Below, one piece after another: positions 1-8,991 of a DNA stretch of 52,287 nt; position 1 is the first letter of the stretch, and each line of letters begins with the position of its first letter. Source of the stretch: a virus; the IMG/VR virus record IMGVR_UViG_3300025000_000023, one strand, 5' to 3'. A model generated the notes under the pieces. The model searched no databases, was not told where the DNA came from, and saw only the letters and a program-made list of their open reading frames with translations. The position numbers and the translations under genes were made by a program.

Positions 1-127
1 CAAAGGCATTGAAGATTGGTGCAGTGTTCTTGTTTGCGCTCTCTCGTCCTACAGGTGATGCATTCACTGGTGATGCGTTTTTACATGAAGTCGGAGTACA
101 CTACCAAAGGGACACACTAGGTAGCCG
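1..127. repeat. Terminal direct repeat; identical to 52161-52287
   Basis: Read directly: caaaggcattgaag...cactaggtagccg occurs at both window ends. The repeat lies inside a CDS, which fits a circularly closed or permuted assembly. Confidence 0.95.
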
Positions 128-146
128 TCAAATGTCTATAAAATAG
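1..146 (+). CDS. 3' end of the wrap-around CDS that starts at 51656 (hypothetical beta-rich protein)
   Basis: The reading frame of the 51656 ORF continues through the terminal repeat. It stops at TAG 144-146, which overlaps the AGGAGG RBS of the next gene. Confidence 0.6.
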   Translation, partial: KALKIGAVFLFALSRPTGDAFTGDAFLHEVGVHYQRDTLGSRQMSIK

Positions 147-158
147 GAGGTTGCTTGT

Positions 159-479
159 ATGAATCAGGTTGTTGTAGACGTATGTACAGGAGTGGCAGTT
201 GTTGCAGGAGGAGGGATAGTGATGTTTGCAGGTACACTATTTGTTAAGCGTGTTAATGGATTCTTCCATCGTGTGAACAGTGCGCTTATAACACTGCAAT
301 CAACTGGTGCTACCATAGCCTTGATGCAAACTAATTCTGCAAAACGTATTCAAGAGAACAGGATTATATTCAGAGCATTACGCAGTATCATAGACGCGCT
401 TCAGACAGGTGTTGCGAACGGCAATGTTGCTGAGGCGAAGCATGATATCGATAAATATCTCAATGAATGCATTGACTAG
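159..479 (+). CDS. Small membrane protein (N-terminal TM plus helical tail); holin-like candidate
   Basis: AGGAGG lies 8 nt upstream of the ATG. There is a hydrophobic N-terminus (VVVDVCTGVAVVAGGGIVMFAGTLFV). The gene sits in the lysis cassette. Confidence 0.55.
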   Translation: MNQVVVDVCTGVAVVAGGGIVMFAGTLFVKRVNGFFHRVNSALITLQSTGATIALMQTNSAKRIQENRIIFRALRSIIDALQTGVANGNVAEAKHDIDKYLNECID

Positions 480-485
480 AGGTGT

Positions 486-740
486 ATGATGAATATTAAA
501 GAAAGCAATGTTCCAAAGAATAGCATGTTGCAAGACCCTGTAGGTGATACTAGCTCTAAGCGTGTTGTTGGTTTTTTATCTCTTTGTGTGGCATTATCTG
601 GCTATTTGCTAATAGTCATAACAGGAAAAGCAATGCCAGAGATGGTGCTTAACATGTTTAATTCTTTGCTGATATATTCGGCTGTATGTTTTAGTTTGAC
701 ATTACCGGAGCATGTGTCAACAACGCTGTACAAGGAGTGA
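486..740 (+). CDS. Small two-TM membrane protein; holin-like candidate
   Basis: Two hydrophobic segments (VVGFLSLCVALSGYLLIVITG and LLIYSAVCFSLTL). A GAGGTG RBS is present and the gene is tightly packed with its neighbours. Confidence 0.55.
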   Translation: MMNIKESNVPKNSMLQDPVGDTSSKRVVGFLSLCVALSGYLLIVITGKAMPEMVLNMFNSLLIYSAVCFSLTLPEHVSTTLYKE

Positions 741-745
741 TACAA

Positions 746-1057
746 ATGAAGATATTGGATTGGATTAAAGTTGGTTTCTTTGCTGTGCTGACAGTGTTTG
801 GTGCTGTACTCGGGTTCCGTGTAAAGGGCTTGAAGAAGAAAGTCGCTAAGCAAGAGCAACAAATCAAACAAGATGCAGTGCAGAAGGACGTTTATGTGAA
901 GAACATCACGATTACTGAAGAACTGCATAAATCAGAAGTGCTGATAGAAAACAATCAGAAGAAAACAGAGGAGATATTGAAAAATGCAGATAAGGCTAAA
1001 GTCAATGTTGTCGGCAATTCTATTGTTGACGATTTTAATGCTAGGCATAAGTTGTAA
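746..1057 (+). CDS. i-spanin-like protein (N-terminal TM plus charged coiled coil)
   Basis: AAGGAG lies 8 nt upstream of ATG 746; the ORF track starts at GTG 737. A TM segment (WIKVGFFAVLTVFGAVLGF) is followed by a K/E/Q-rich helix. The 3' end overlaps a lipoprotein ORF. Confidence 0.5.
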   Translation: MKILDWIKVGFFAVLTVFGAVLGFRVKGLKKKVAKQEQQIKQDAVQKDVYVKNITITEELHKSEVLIENNQKKTEEILKNADKAKVNVVGNSIVDDFNARHKL

Positions 1058-1268
1058 TACAACCGTACCGACACAGATAGTGGTTCCTGAGTTTGCGTCA
1101 CAGCCTTCAGCACCCACACTTATAAATATACCGGAAGATTTGGAGTCAGCCAATGTAAACCTGACTATCAACCTGTCACGCTTGGATGCGTACACTCAGA
1201 AATTGGAGCAGTATATCTTCTACCTTAAAGTGTATTACCTGAGTGTGATTCAGATACTGTCACAATGA
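984..1268 (+). CDS. o-spanin-like lipoprotein, overlapping the 3' end of the i-spanin-like gene
   Basis: GAGGAG lies 10 nt upstream. The signal peptide MQIRLKSMLSAILLLTILMLGISC ends in a Cys, followed by a Pro-rich mature start. The overlapped Rz/Rz1-type architecture is present. Confidence 0.5.
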   Translation: MQIRLKSMLSAILLLTILMLGISCNTTVPTQIVVPEFASQPSAPTLINIPEDLESANVNLTINLSRLDAYTQKLEQYIFYLKVYYLSVIQILSQ

Positions 1269-1320
1269 AAAGAGCCCCCTTAAGAGGGGACTTCGTTATG
1301 CAATGATGAGCACATAAAAA

Positions 1321-1343
1321 AGCCCCCTTAAGAGGGGGCTTTT
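1321..1343. terminator. Bidirectional intrinsic terminator between the convergent arms
   Basis: An 8-bp GC-rich stem (agccccct/agggggct) with loop taag is flanked by A6 upstream and T4 downstream. A weaker copy of the same hairpin lies at about 1276-1289. Confidence 0.7.
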
Positions 1344-1744
1344 ATATTGAGAAAGAAATCGTCCAGTGTATCAACCGTCACGTATCTCAATGGACTTACA
1401 AGTCCTATAAGAGCCCTGTGGAAGTCAGACCTGTCATAGTCCTCCTGTATGCTCTCGTTCACAGCGAAGAAGAATCCCAAATCAGTCACGATACCAAGCA
1501 CCGACAATCCACCCTTGCGGTAGTAGCTCCTGAGCCATGCGTACTGTGCTGGCCTGAATGGAATCTTCACGAGGCCAGTGCGCTTCGCCGTGACAGTCAA
1601 CGCCTTGGCCTCCATCCACCCCGAGCAATTCACGTTCACCAAGTGCATGTCGGGCGTCCCGAGGTTCAGCTTGTTCTCCACACGGTAGAACTTGGTGCTC
1701 GTTGCTTTCTCTTTCACTGTGTCATATAATTTGCTTTCCAGCAT
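1328..1744 (-). CDS. VRR-NUC / PD-(D/E)xK family nuclease
   Basis: The motif GTPDMHLV...GWMEAKA...RPAQYAWL matches the VRR-NUC pattern PD...ExK...Q..W. A GGAGGT RBS is present. VRR-NUC is a typical partner of an SNF2 helicase in phage replication modules. Confidence 0.65.
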   Translation of the reverse strand: MLESKLYDTVKEKATSTKFYRVENKLNLGTPDMHLVNVNCSGWMEAKALTVTAKRTGLVKIPFRPAQYAWLRSYYRKGGLSVLGIVTDLGFFFAVNESIQEDYDRSDFHRALIGLVSPLRYVTVDTLDDFFLNIKAPS

Positions 1745-2039
1745 GTGTCACCTCCCTCACCCTGTATGTACGTGGTCGTATTGCAAGGAACGACACCTCA
1801 TCGACACTGAGCTCACGACCGTGCTTGTCCTTCGGTATCCTCATCTGTATCTCAGTGTACAGACCCGTCTTCGCCGCTAGATTGTATGGCAACACACCGT
1901 ACACATGTTTCCCAATGACGTCCGAGACATCTGCATACGACATGCACGGCGTGCCTTCAGCCACCATTCCTATCTTCACGAGATATTTGTACAATGACAA
2001 ATGCCGTGTGACAACTAAACTTTCCATCTTGTATACCAT
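1722..2039 (-). CDS. Hypothetical protein
   Basis: The internal ATG at 2039 lies just downstream of the polymerase stop and has a GAAGGA RBS. The longer track ORF would overlap the polymerase gene. Confidence 0.5.
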   Translation of the reverse strand: MVYKMESLVVTRHLSLYKYLVKIGMVAEGTPCMSYADVSDVIGKHVYGVLPYNLAAKTGLYTEIQMRIPKDKHGRELSVDEVSFLAIRPRTYRVREVTHAGKQII

Positions 2040-2049
2040 CCTTCTGCAA

Positions 2050-4173
2050 TCATTTCGTTGCCTTGGCTTTCTTTTCCGCTTTGATGTCTTTGCATAGCTG
2101 GATGATTCGTCCAACTTCTTCTTCCACATTCTCGTCTGTAAGTCCTGCAAGCCAATCATCCTGTGTGATGTCCAAATCTGTGAAGTCCAGTTCGCTCACG
2201 CTTGCCCAATCCGCACCAATCTCAAGCTCGGCCTTCAGAGGAACACGAAGTTTGTATGCGTTCTCCATCAGACTCTTGACACGGAATATCTCACGGATAC
2301 CCTTGGCAGTCTTCGGCACGGATATGTCAAGCTCATCATGCACGGTCAAATGCCATGACAAAGTATCAAGGACACCGGACTTGTACACATCGACCATCGC
2401 TTTCTTCATGATGTCAGCGGCACTGCCTTGTATGAGCCTGTTCATCATGATGTACGTCTTGTCTCGATCGATGAGCCTCGAACGCCGACCAGCGAGTGTC
2501 CTGATATAACCTCTGGACTTTGCAACATCGCCAACGCTGTTCATTGTCATCTTCACGTACGGTGCGTTCTCGTGGTACACGGACAGCATGGCTTCTGCAT
2601 AGTCCTTCGCCCAACCAAACAGACGTGACATCTTCTTTCGTCCCATGCCGTACATACAGCCAAAGTTCATGTTCTTTGCAGAGCTTCTTCCGAGCCCTGT
2701 AAGGTTCATGATATATTGGTGGTAGTCCGTGTGCGGGTCGTTGTTGTATGTGTCAACAAGCTCCCTGCTCCCTGTGCCACTCGCATAGTGAGCAAGACAG
2801 CGGTACTCGACCTGTGAGTAATCGAGCTTCGCCCACCAACAATTCGGCAAAGGCTTGAACGGCTCACGGCACAGCTTGCCCCAATACTTGTCGCGTCCAG
2901 TGGATGGAATCTGCTGAAGATTTGGATTGCTCATGCTGAAACGTCCAGAGCGTGTGCCATAGTCATCGGTCTTCATCGTGTGGATTGTCGGGTGGATTCT
3001 GCCATCAGGACACATGGTCTTCTTCAACGAACCTTGCAGGAACGTGCCAATCATCTTGTTGGCCTTGCGTATGAACAGTATGTCCTTGAGCATCTTGTTC
3101 ATCTCAACATCCTCATCGTCACCGAAGTTCTTGTCAATGGCCTCGAAGAAGTCTTTTCCAATTGTTGGCCGACACGTTCCAAGAGCCTTGTGCCGTCCAC
3201 CAGTGATGTCAAGAAGAGTGTCGGACATCGTGCCTTCCTTGATGCACTCCATGATATCCTGAGCTTCCTCGTACGACACAATCTCCTCGACTTCCTTGCC
3301 ACGGTTGTTTGTGTACGTGAACTTGTACGGATGCTGGATACCAAGCCTGTCGAACAATTCCTTGAGTTGCTTCGGGCTGTTCAGGTTTATCTTGCCATGT
3401 TCACGCTCGAATGCAATCTCACACTCTTCCTTCCTACATGTGGCAAGATATGAGTTGACATCACGCACTGATGCATCGACAGGTGTTCCAGTCATCTGCA
3501 TATGGAGCTTGGCACGCAACAGGTCTGTCTCCATCTTGAACAATGGAATCAAGTCCTGCTCTTCCATGAGCTTCCATTGGATGTCAAAGATTGCAAGCGG
3601 CTCTCGCACATCATCGAGCGCATACTTGTACACAAGGAAGTATGGCATTTTCCACAGCCATTTCCGTGCATCGCCCGTCCAGCCATTCTGTGCACAATAC
3701 TCATCAATCTCAGTCTTGAATTTTCCCTTACCGAGATACTTGTGCGCTTGGAAGTCCAAGCTGTATTGTCCCTGATTCTCATCCAACAAAGGCTCCGCCA
3801 CCTGTATGTCATACAGGTCTCCGTTGACCTTCAGGCATATGCCCTTGCCACGCCATGCGAACTTGGACGTATCGCCTTTCCAGTTCTCCAACCAATCCAC
3901 ATCATACGTGATGTTCGCTCCGAGCTTCGGCATTGGCATTGCAAGCACATAGCGCAAGTATTCCACGTTCTGCTCTCGCTCTTTCGCCGTACAGTCGTTG
4001 TGCCCGATGTTGTAGTACTCTGCGAAGCCAGCATCGTCTGCAATCGCCACGCCAAGAATATAGCCATCATTGCGGTACACGCCTGGCCCTAAATCATCGG
4101 AAATTCCTGGGTCATACGTTTCTATGTCCACGCATAGTATCTTCGATTTGCTTACGTCTTTGTATTTAGCCAT
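2050..4173 (-). CDS. Family A DNA polymerase with 3'-5' exonuclease domain
   Basis: Motifs seen: ExoI CVDIETYD, motif A DYSQVEYR, motif B KNMNFGCMYGMG, motif C HDELDISV. The product is 707 aa. Confidence 0.95.
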   Translation of the reverse strand: MAKYKDVSKSKILCVDIETYDPGISDDLGPGVYRNDGYILGVAIADDAGFAEYYNIGHNDCTAKEREQNVEYLRYVLAMPMPKLGANITYDVDWLENWKGDTSKFAWRGKGICLKVNGDLYDIQVAEPLLDENQGQYSLDFQAHKYLGKGKFKTEIDEYCAQNGWTGDARKWLWKMPYFLVYKYALDDVREPLAIFDIQWKLMEEQDLIPLFKMETDLLRAKLHMQMTGTPVDASVRDVNSYLATCRKEECEIAFEREHGKINLNSPKQLKELFDRLGIQHPYKFTYTNNRGKEVEEIVSYEEAQDIMECIKEGTMSDTLLDITGGRHKALGTCRPTIGKDFFEAIDKNFGDDEDVEMNKMLKDILFIRKANKMIGTFLQGSLKKTMCPDGRIHPTIHTMKTDDYGTRSGRFSMSNPNLQQIPSTGRDKYWGKLCREPFKPLPNCWWAKLDYSQVEYRCLAHYASGTGSRELVDTYNNDPHTDYHQYIMNLTGLGRSSAKNMNFGCMYGMGRKKMSRLFGWAKDYAEAMLSVYHENAPYVKMTMNSVGDVAKSRGYIRTLAGRRSRLIDRDKTYIMMNRLIQGSAADIMKKAMVDVYKSGVLDTLSWHLTVHDELDISVPKTAKGIREIFRVKSLMENAYKLRVPLKAELEIGADWASVSELDFTDLDITQDDWLAGLTDENVEEEVGRIIQLCKDIKAEKKAKATK

Positions 4174-4558
4174 TCTTCTTGTCCCTCAATGCGTTGCGTA
4201 GGCTTGCCGCCTCGATGTAACATTTGTGGCTACAGTATCTCTGCAAGCCGTGCGCCGATTCAAACTCAGCACCACAGTGCAAGCACTTGCGTACAGTTGG
4301 TTCGATTCTTGTGTAGTAGATACCACCTGCTTTCGCCTTCTCATAGCATGTGTGTGAACAGAACCTCTTGTTGCTGATGCTTGTTTGGAACGTCACGCCA
4401 CACTGCTCACACACATGGTCTTCAATAGGTCTCTTCGTGCGTTGCTTGTAATTCTTGAACACAATGTCCCTGCATTTCTCCGAGCAGTATTTCTGATTGT
4501 TTCTGTAAGGCGTGAACACCTTTCCGCATAGTCCACACTTCCTTCTGATGTCTTCCAT
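4166..4558 (-). CDS. Triple zinc-ribbon protein (three CxxC...CSxxC repeats)
   Basis: Three repeats are visible: CGLCGKVF..QKYCSEKC, CEQCGVTF..KRFCSHTC and CLHCGAEF..QRYCSHKC. The gene overlaps the polymerase start by 8 nt. Confidence 0.7.
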   Translation of the reverse strand: MEDIRRKCGLCGKVFTPYRNNQKYCSEKCRDIVFKNYKQRTKRPIEDHVCEQCGVTFQTSISNKRFCSHTCYEKAKAGGIYYTRIEPTVRKCLHCGAEFESAHGLQRYCSHKCYIEAASLRNALRDKKNG

Positions 4559-4680
4559 GATTCCTCCGAAACTGACCTTTTCCAGTCATGCCAGATTATT
4601 GATTGTCGAACTAAGTAGCCATGGGTGGCATACTTATATGTCCTGAATATAGTCCCTACAAATCATTGATTGGACAATGA

Positions 4681-4863
4681 CTATAGGAACGTCTTTCCCT
4701 GCTTCTCAGGCTCACGTTTCTCCACATCGAGACCGAGTGTAAGCTGTTTATCGTCCTCGATGAGTTTGTCGAGAGCCTTCTTCAACGCCTGTATGCGTGC
4801 CAACTCGTTGTATGCCTTTGACTCCAACACACCAAGCTTATCCCGAAATTCTTGAACTTTCAT
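4681..4863 (-). CDS. Small coiled-coil protein, hypothetical
   Basis: 60-aa ORF with charged helical composition, packed in the operon. Confidence 0.4.
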   Translation of the reverse strand: MKVQEFRDKLGVLESKAYNELARIQALKKALDKLIEDDKQLTLGLDVEKREPEKQGKTFL

Positions 4864-5164
4864 CTTTCATCTCCTTAATCTTCTTGCGTGCCACATCAGC
4901 CTGCATCATGGCATAGTTTGCTACATCCACACATTCACCGATAATGCGCTCGTAGCTTGCAATGTCCTTTCTTGGATTGCGTAGCTCATCCATGAGCTCT
5001 TCATCCTCCTCGTGCATCATGCAATTCAATGCCTCAATGCTAAACTTTGTCCAATCACCACGCTCAATGCGCTTTGTCAATTTCTTTGACATCTCGTTCC
5101 TGAACCAGTCCAATGCATAGGCTCTCCGCACCATCTCGTGCGTGGCATTCGCCCTGTCATTCAT
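4838..5164 (-). CDS. MazG-like all-alpha NTP pyrophosphohydrolase candidate
   Basis: The internal ATG at 5164 overlaps the helicase stop (ATGAATGA). HEEDEELMDEL and GECVDVANYAMM resemble the EExxE and E..D metal-binding helices of MazG-like proteins. Confidence 0.4.
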   Translation of the reverse strand: MNDRANATHEMVRRAYALDWFRNEMSKKLTKRIERGDWTKFSIEALNCMMHEEDEELMDELRNPRKDIASYERIIGECVDVANYAMMQADVARKKIKEMKDESSRISG

Positions 5165-6611
5165 ACACAAACTCCTCCTGATATACTCTCTTCGGTCGCT
5201 GAAACTCAGCGAAGCTCTCCACATCCATATAGTTGTCATAGCCGTAATTTGAATTGCTATGCACGATATGCAGTTCCTTCTTGGCTCGTGTGCAAGCGAC
5301 ATACAAACATCTAAGCTCCGAATCCTCGTGCTTTAGATAGTTGTCACGTACGTTCTTGGTCACGTCAAGCATGACGACCACCTTGTCTGCTTCGCCACCC
5401 TTCACACCATGTATGGTGTTTATCATGAGCCGCCTATCATACACATTCGGTCTGTGAGCAATCAAGTCCCTGTAGTAGTTTGCATCATCAATATCAAGAT
5501 TGAATCGCTTGTACCAAGGCTCTGTGTTGCCCATGTCATTGCGCAGAAAGTGCGCTGTCACGAGCCTATCTACTTCACTCTTATAGTTACCTGTCTTACG
5601 CATCTGCTCATATGCATTGATTGCCCTGATGACTTTTTCATCGACAGAATGCTCGGTTTTGTCAACATAAGCAAAGCCTCTTTTCCGTAGCATCTCCCTG
5701 TACTGCTTGAGATACATATTGTTTCGTGACAGGAAGTAATAAGATGACGTTGCATCAATCTCGATGTCTTCAATGCTGTTATGAAAGTATACTATACCAC
5801 CCGACATGTTTGGAGCGAACTTCTTCTCTACACGTTGGCTCATCATGTCGGTTATGTGTGTCGAGAAGTTCAGGATGTGTGAGGGCATACGGTTGCTCTT
5901 CTCAAGCACCACTTTGTTGCCAGCAAGATTCAAGAAATGCTCAACGTCTGCACCGTTCCATTCATAAATTGCTTGGTCATCATCACCTGCAATGTACACG
6001 TGATCACAATCACCGAACGCAATCTCACACATCTTCCACTGCAACGTGGTCAAGTCCTGAGCCTCATCAATGATTGCAATCTTTACTGGCACTGGCTGTC
6101 CTGATTCAACAAAGAACGAAATCATGTCAGTGAAATCAGCATAGCCATGGCGTGCCTTGTACGCATCATAGCTCTTCGCCACAACTTCAAACGAGCGCAT
6201 GTTGATATCAAGCGCACAGCTCTCAGCCGCTTTGGGATTGTTCTTGCGTAGGAAATAATAGAACAGATACTTGTCATCATCGCTGTTGAAATCCTCAGTG
6301 TAGTATCCTGTGAAGTTCATGTTCATGAGGTCTGAGAATTGTTTGTACTGCTTGCGCCCCATAATGTCGTCACGTGCAAGTTGAGCCTGTGCATACGCTA
6401 TCGAGTGCAGTGTCCTGAAATACGGAAACTCCTCACTCGCATATCCAAATCTCTCCATCGCACGTGTTCTACCCTCATAAGCACCCTTCTTGGTGAACGA
6501 CACGAAAGCTATCTCTGATGGTTTGTAGTCCTCAAGAAGTTTTTCGAGAAGGTTCAATAGATACCAAGTCTTGCCACAACCTGGCCCTCCGTATATGATT
6601 GTCTGTTTCAA
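5157..6611 (-). CDS. Superfamily 1 (UvrD/Rep-like) DNA helicase
   Basis: Walker A GGPGCGKT, Walker B IIDEAQDL, TIHGVKGGEAD and VACTRAKKEL motifs are present. Confidence 0.9.
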   Translation of the reverse strand: MKQTIIYGGPGCGKTWYLLNLLEKLLEDYKPSEIAFVSFTKKGAYEGRTRAMERFGYASEEFPYFRTLHSIAYAQAQLARDDIMGRKQYKQFSDLMNMNFTGYYTEDFNSDDDKYLFYYFLRKNNPKAAESCALDINMRSFEVVAKSYDAYKARHGYADFTDMISFFVESGQPVPVKIAIIDEAQDLTTLQWKMCEIAFGDCDHVYIAGDDDQAIYEWNGADVEHFLNLAGNKVVLEKSNRMPSHILNFSTHITDMMSQRVEKKFAPNMSGGIVYFHNSIEDIEIDATSSYYFLSRNNMYLKQYREMLRKRGFAYVDKTEHSVDEKVIRAINAYEQMRKTGNYKSEVDRLVTAHFLRNDMGNTEPWYKRFNLDIDDANYYRDLIAHRPNVYDRRLMINTIHGVKGGEADKVVVMLDVTKNVRDNYLKHEDSELRCLYVACTRAKKELHIVHSNSNYGYDNYMDVESFAEFQRPKRVYQEEFVYE

Positions 6612-8248
6612 TATGCGTTCTCCTTCAATCCAGCCGCATCTGCCGCTTCAAGTTCTTTCACAGCACCTTCGATGTCCACCATGTCTTCGTTCTCCTGTAG
6701 ATTCTTTGCATACGCTATCTGGTCTATTGCGTACAGCCTGTACTGCTTCGCCTTGTCTCCTGTCCCAATACGCACACGCACATCATAGCATCCAAAATCT
6801 CTCATTTTTGAGTGCATTTCTGCTGGCTGATAGTGCTTGAACTGTTTCGTGATGAACACAAAGTCCGTCAGGTCTCGTGGCTTGAACAGATACCTCGATG
6901 CTTTGTCATCAAAGAAGACACGCTTCTGGTTCACACCTTCAAGTGTGACTGCTGGCGCACGTCCAGTTATGAAATCGCATATCAATGACTTCAAGATGGA
7001 TATCGGTGACGTATCGAACGTCATCTCAATTGCTATAATCTTTATGTCAACAAGAGCATCACGCACCAGCTTCGCCCATGACTCGACCTTGAGCTTCGGA
7101 GGTAGGACGTACAATTCACGGAAACACAACTGCTGAAAAGTATCCTGATGTATTATCTCCAATTCATTCTTGAAACGTAAGCACTTCCACTCCGTATCAC
7201 CCTGTGCACGGATGAGCCACTCGTAGTACGGAACATCCTGCTTGTACTGCGTAAGCTGTCCATATTCTAGGTTTGAGAAGTATCCGTCCGTCTTTCCCAC
7301 ACCAAACTCACGCATCTTGCACTCGGTCTTGTTGCAATACTCAACGCATGGAAACTCCTTGCACCTGTAGTTGTAGTCTTTCTTCCTCAGTGAGTTTATG
7401 ACGGTCAGTTCTAGCTCATTGTTGGTGACAGGAGCTTTCATCGAGTTATTCACTTCATACAAGTACTGCTCAAAGAACGCCTCGTTCTTCTTCTTCAAGT
7501 AAGCACCAAATGAGAACAGATAGTTGTTCCGACCTTCATTCTCACCAACGGCGTTCAACAACCAGATTGTCTGCAAGCATGGGGGTGCATCGCTGTACGG
7601 CAGTTGATTGATGAAAGACAGTACTTCCTCAATCGTCTTCACCTTGCTCTTGACGTACAACAATGCTTCCTCAAGTGTAGCCGAGTGTCCTTCGATAATC
7701 GCCGCTTGCCGTGTGTTCTCCACATTGTAATATGGAAGGTTTATCCAGTTGCCAACGCTTCCAGCTTGCACACGTGCTTGCTTCGGAAAAATCTCTATGA
7801 GAACGTTGCGCTGTTTCTTGACAAACACGTCCATCATGAGGACTGAAGCCATCTTGCGTGTCGCCTCTATCGCATCCTTCGCCTGTGTCCACTCTTTCAG
7901 GAACATATAGATATGCAATCCACCTGATTTGGACTTGAAAGGAACAAGAGGAAAGTTGTTGCGTTCTATAGCTTGTATGAATATGTCAAGACTTGTGTCA
8001 TAAATGTCAATGTCAATAACCGTGAATCTGCACTCGCCTTCTTTATTTACAGGCACAACTCCCAAGCCCATCTTTCCATCAAGGTGAGCTTGGTACAATT
8101 CCTGTGTGACGAGCTTATCTTTTACCGTTCTATTGTCGCCCTTCTCCTTCGCACCATCCTGAAAGTTATACGTGTGCTGTCCGTACCCTGTTTCAGAACC
8201 TTTGAAGAATGAAGCGAACTCAGATATTTGATATGCTGATACGCCCAT
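6608..8248 (-). CDS. AEP-type primase-polymerase (prim-pol) with Cys-rich middle region
   Basis: Motifs seen: FTVIDIDIYD (DxD), KSGGLHIYMF (sGxGxH) and the Cys cluster CKEFPCVEYCNKTEC. The product is 546 aa. Confidence 0.7.
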   Translation of the reverse strand: MGVSAYQISEFASFFKGSETGYGQHTYNFQDGAKEKGDNRTVKDKLVTQELYQAHLDGKMGLGVVPVNKEGECRFTVIDIDIYDTSLDIFIQAIERNNFPLVPFKSKSGGLHIYMFLKEWTQAKDAIEATRKMASVLMMDVFVKKQRNVLIEIFPKQARVQAGSVGNWINLPYYNVENTRQAAIIEGHSATLEEALLYVKSKVKTIEEVLSFINQLPYSDAPPCLQTIWLLNAVGENEGRNNYLFSFGAYLKKKNEAFFEQYLYEVNNSMKAPVTNNELELTVINSLRKKDYNYRCKEFPCVEYCNKTECKMREFGVGKTDGYFSNLEYGQLTQYKQDVPYYEWLIRAQGDTEWKCLRFKNELEIIHQDTFQQLCFRELYVLPPKLKVESWAKLVRDALVDIKIIAIEMTFDTSPISILKSLICDFITGRAPAVTLEGVNQKRVFFDDKASRYLFKPRDLTDFVFITKQFKHYQPAEMHSKMRDFGCYDVRVRIGTGDKAKQYRLYAIDQIAYAKNLQENEDMVDIEGAVKELEAADAAGLKENAY

Positions 8249-8252
8249 GGTG

Positions 8253-8912
8253 TCACACCTTCTTTGATTTGTTGTACTTATTGTATGTCGTGTAATAGAA
8301 GTCGCACAGAGTCTTGTCGGACTCTATAAAAGATATGAACTTTCTGATTTGTGCTGAAAGCTCATCACGTAGCTGGTCAAAGCTATCCACATGGAAATGA
8401 ACCTCGTGGACATCTTTCAGTTTGTCACACTTGTCGTCCAGCCACTCACATACAAGATATGTGAAATCTGGAATCAATGTTGCAAGAGGATACACACGGT
8501 GTTGCCATTTCGTGAGGAACTGGCTGTCACCTTTAAAGTTGGCTGTCGTTTTGATATCGACAATCTCTTTTGGCTCGGTCTTCTTCAGGCAGTCAATGAC
8601 ACCACCGATGTAATATTCAACACCATCAACTGTTATGGTGAAGCTGACCTTCTGCTGGAAGAAGAAGCCTTGCAATCTTCTAAGGACTTTCATGTAATTG
8701 TCGGAATATGTAAGAGTGCTCAAGTCCTTGAACACATCTTCATACACGTGCTGTTCAAAAGCTGTCCCTGCTTCCATGGCAGGAGTCGGCTTCCATGGCT
8801 GTCTGCTCAACGTTCCTGTGAGGTCATTGAGTGCTTTCTCTCTCCAACTTGGAGGACACTTCATGAGCCAGTCGTAGCTATCCAATAATGTCGGTGCAAT
8901 AAGTAATGACAT
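8253..8912 (-). CDS. PD-(D/E)xK (RecB/Cas4-like) exonuclease
   Basis: GVIDCL...IVDIKT (D...DxK) and KWQHRVY (QxxxY) motifs are present. Confidence 0.65.
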   Translation of the reverse strand: MSLLIAPTLLDSYDWLMKCPPSWREKALNDLTGTLSRQPWKPTPAMEAGTAFEQHVYEDVFKDLSTLTYSDNYMKVLRRLQGFFFQQKVSFTITVDGVEYYIGGVIDCLKKTEPKEIVDIKTTANFKGDSQFLTKWQHRVYPLATLIPDFTYLVCEWLDDKCDKLKDVHEVHFHVDSFDQLRDELSAQIRKFISFIESDKTLCDFYYTTYNKYNKSKKV

Positions 8913-8991
8913 GATACTCTCCTATGAATGATGTGATGTGTGAAGACAAACCATGCCCACCAATTGTATGATGGGCATAGCATATGTGATT

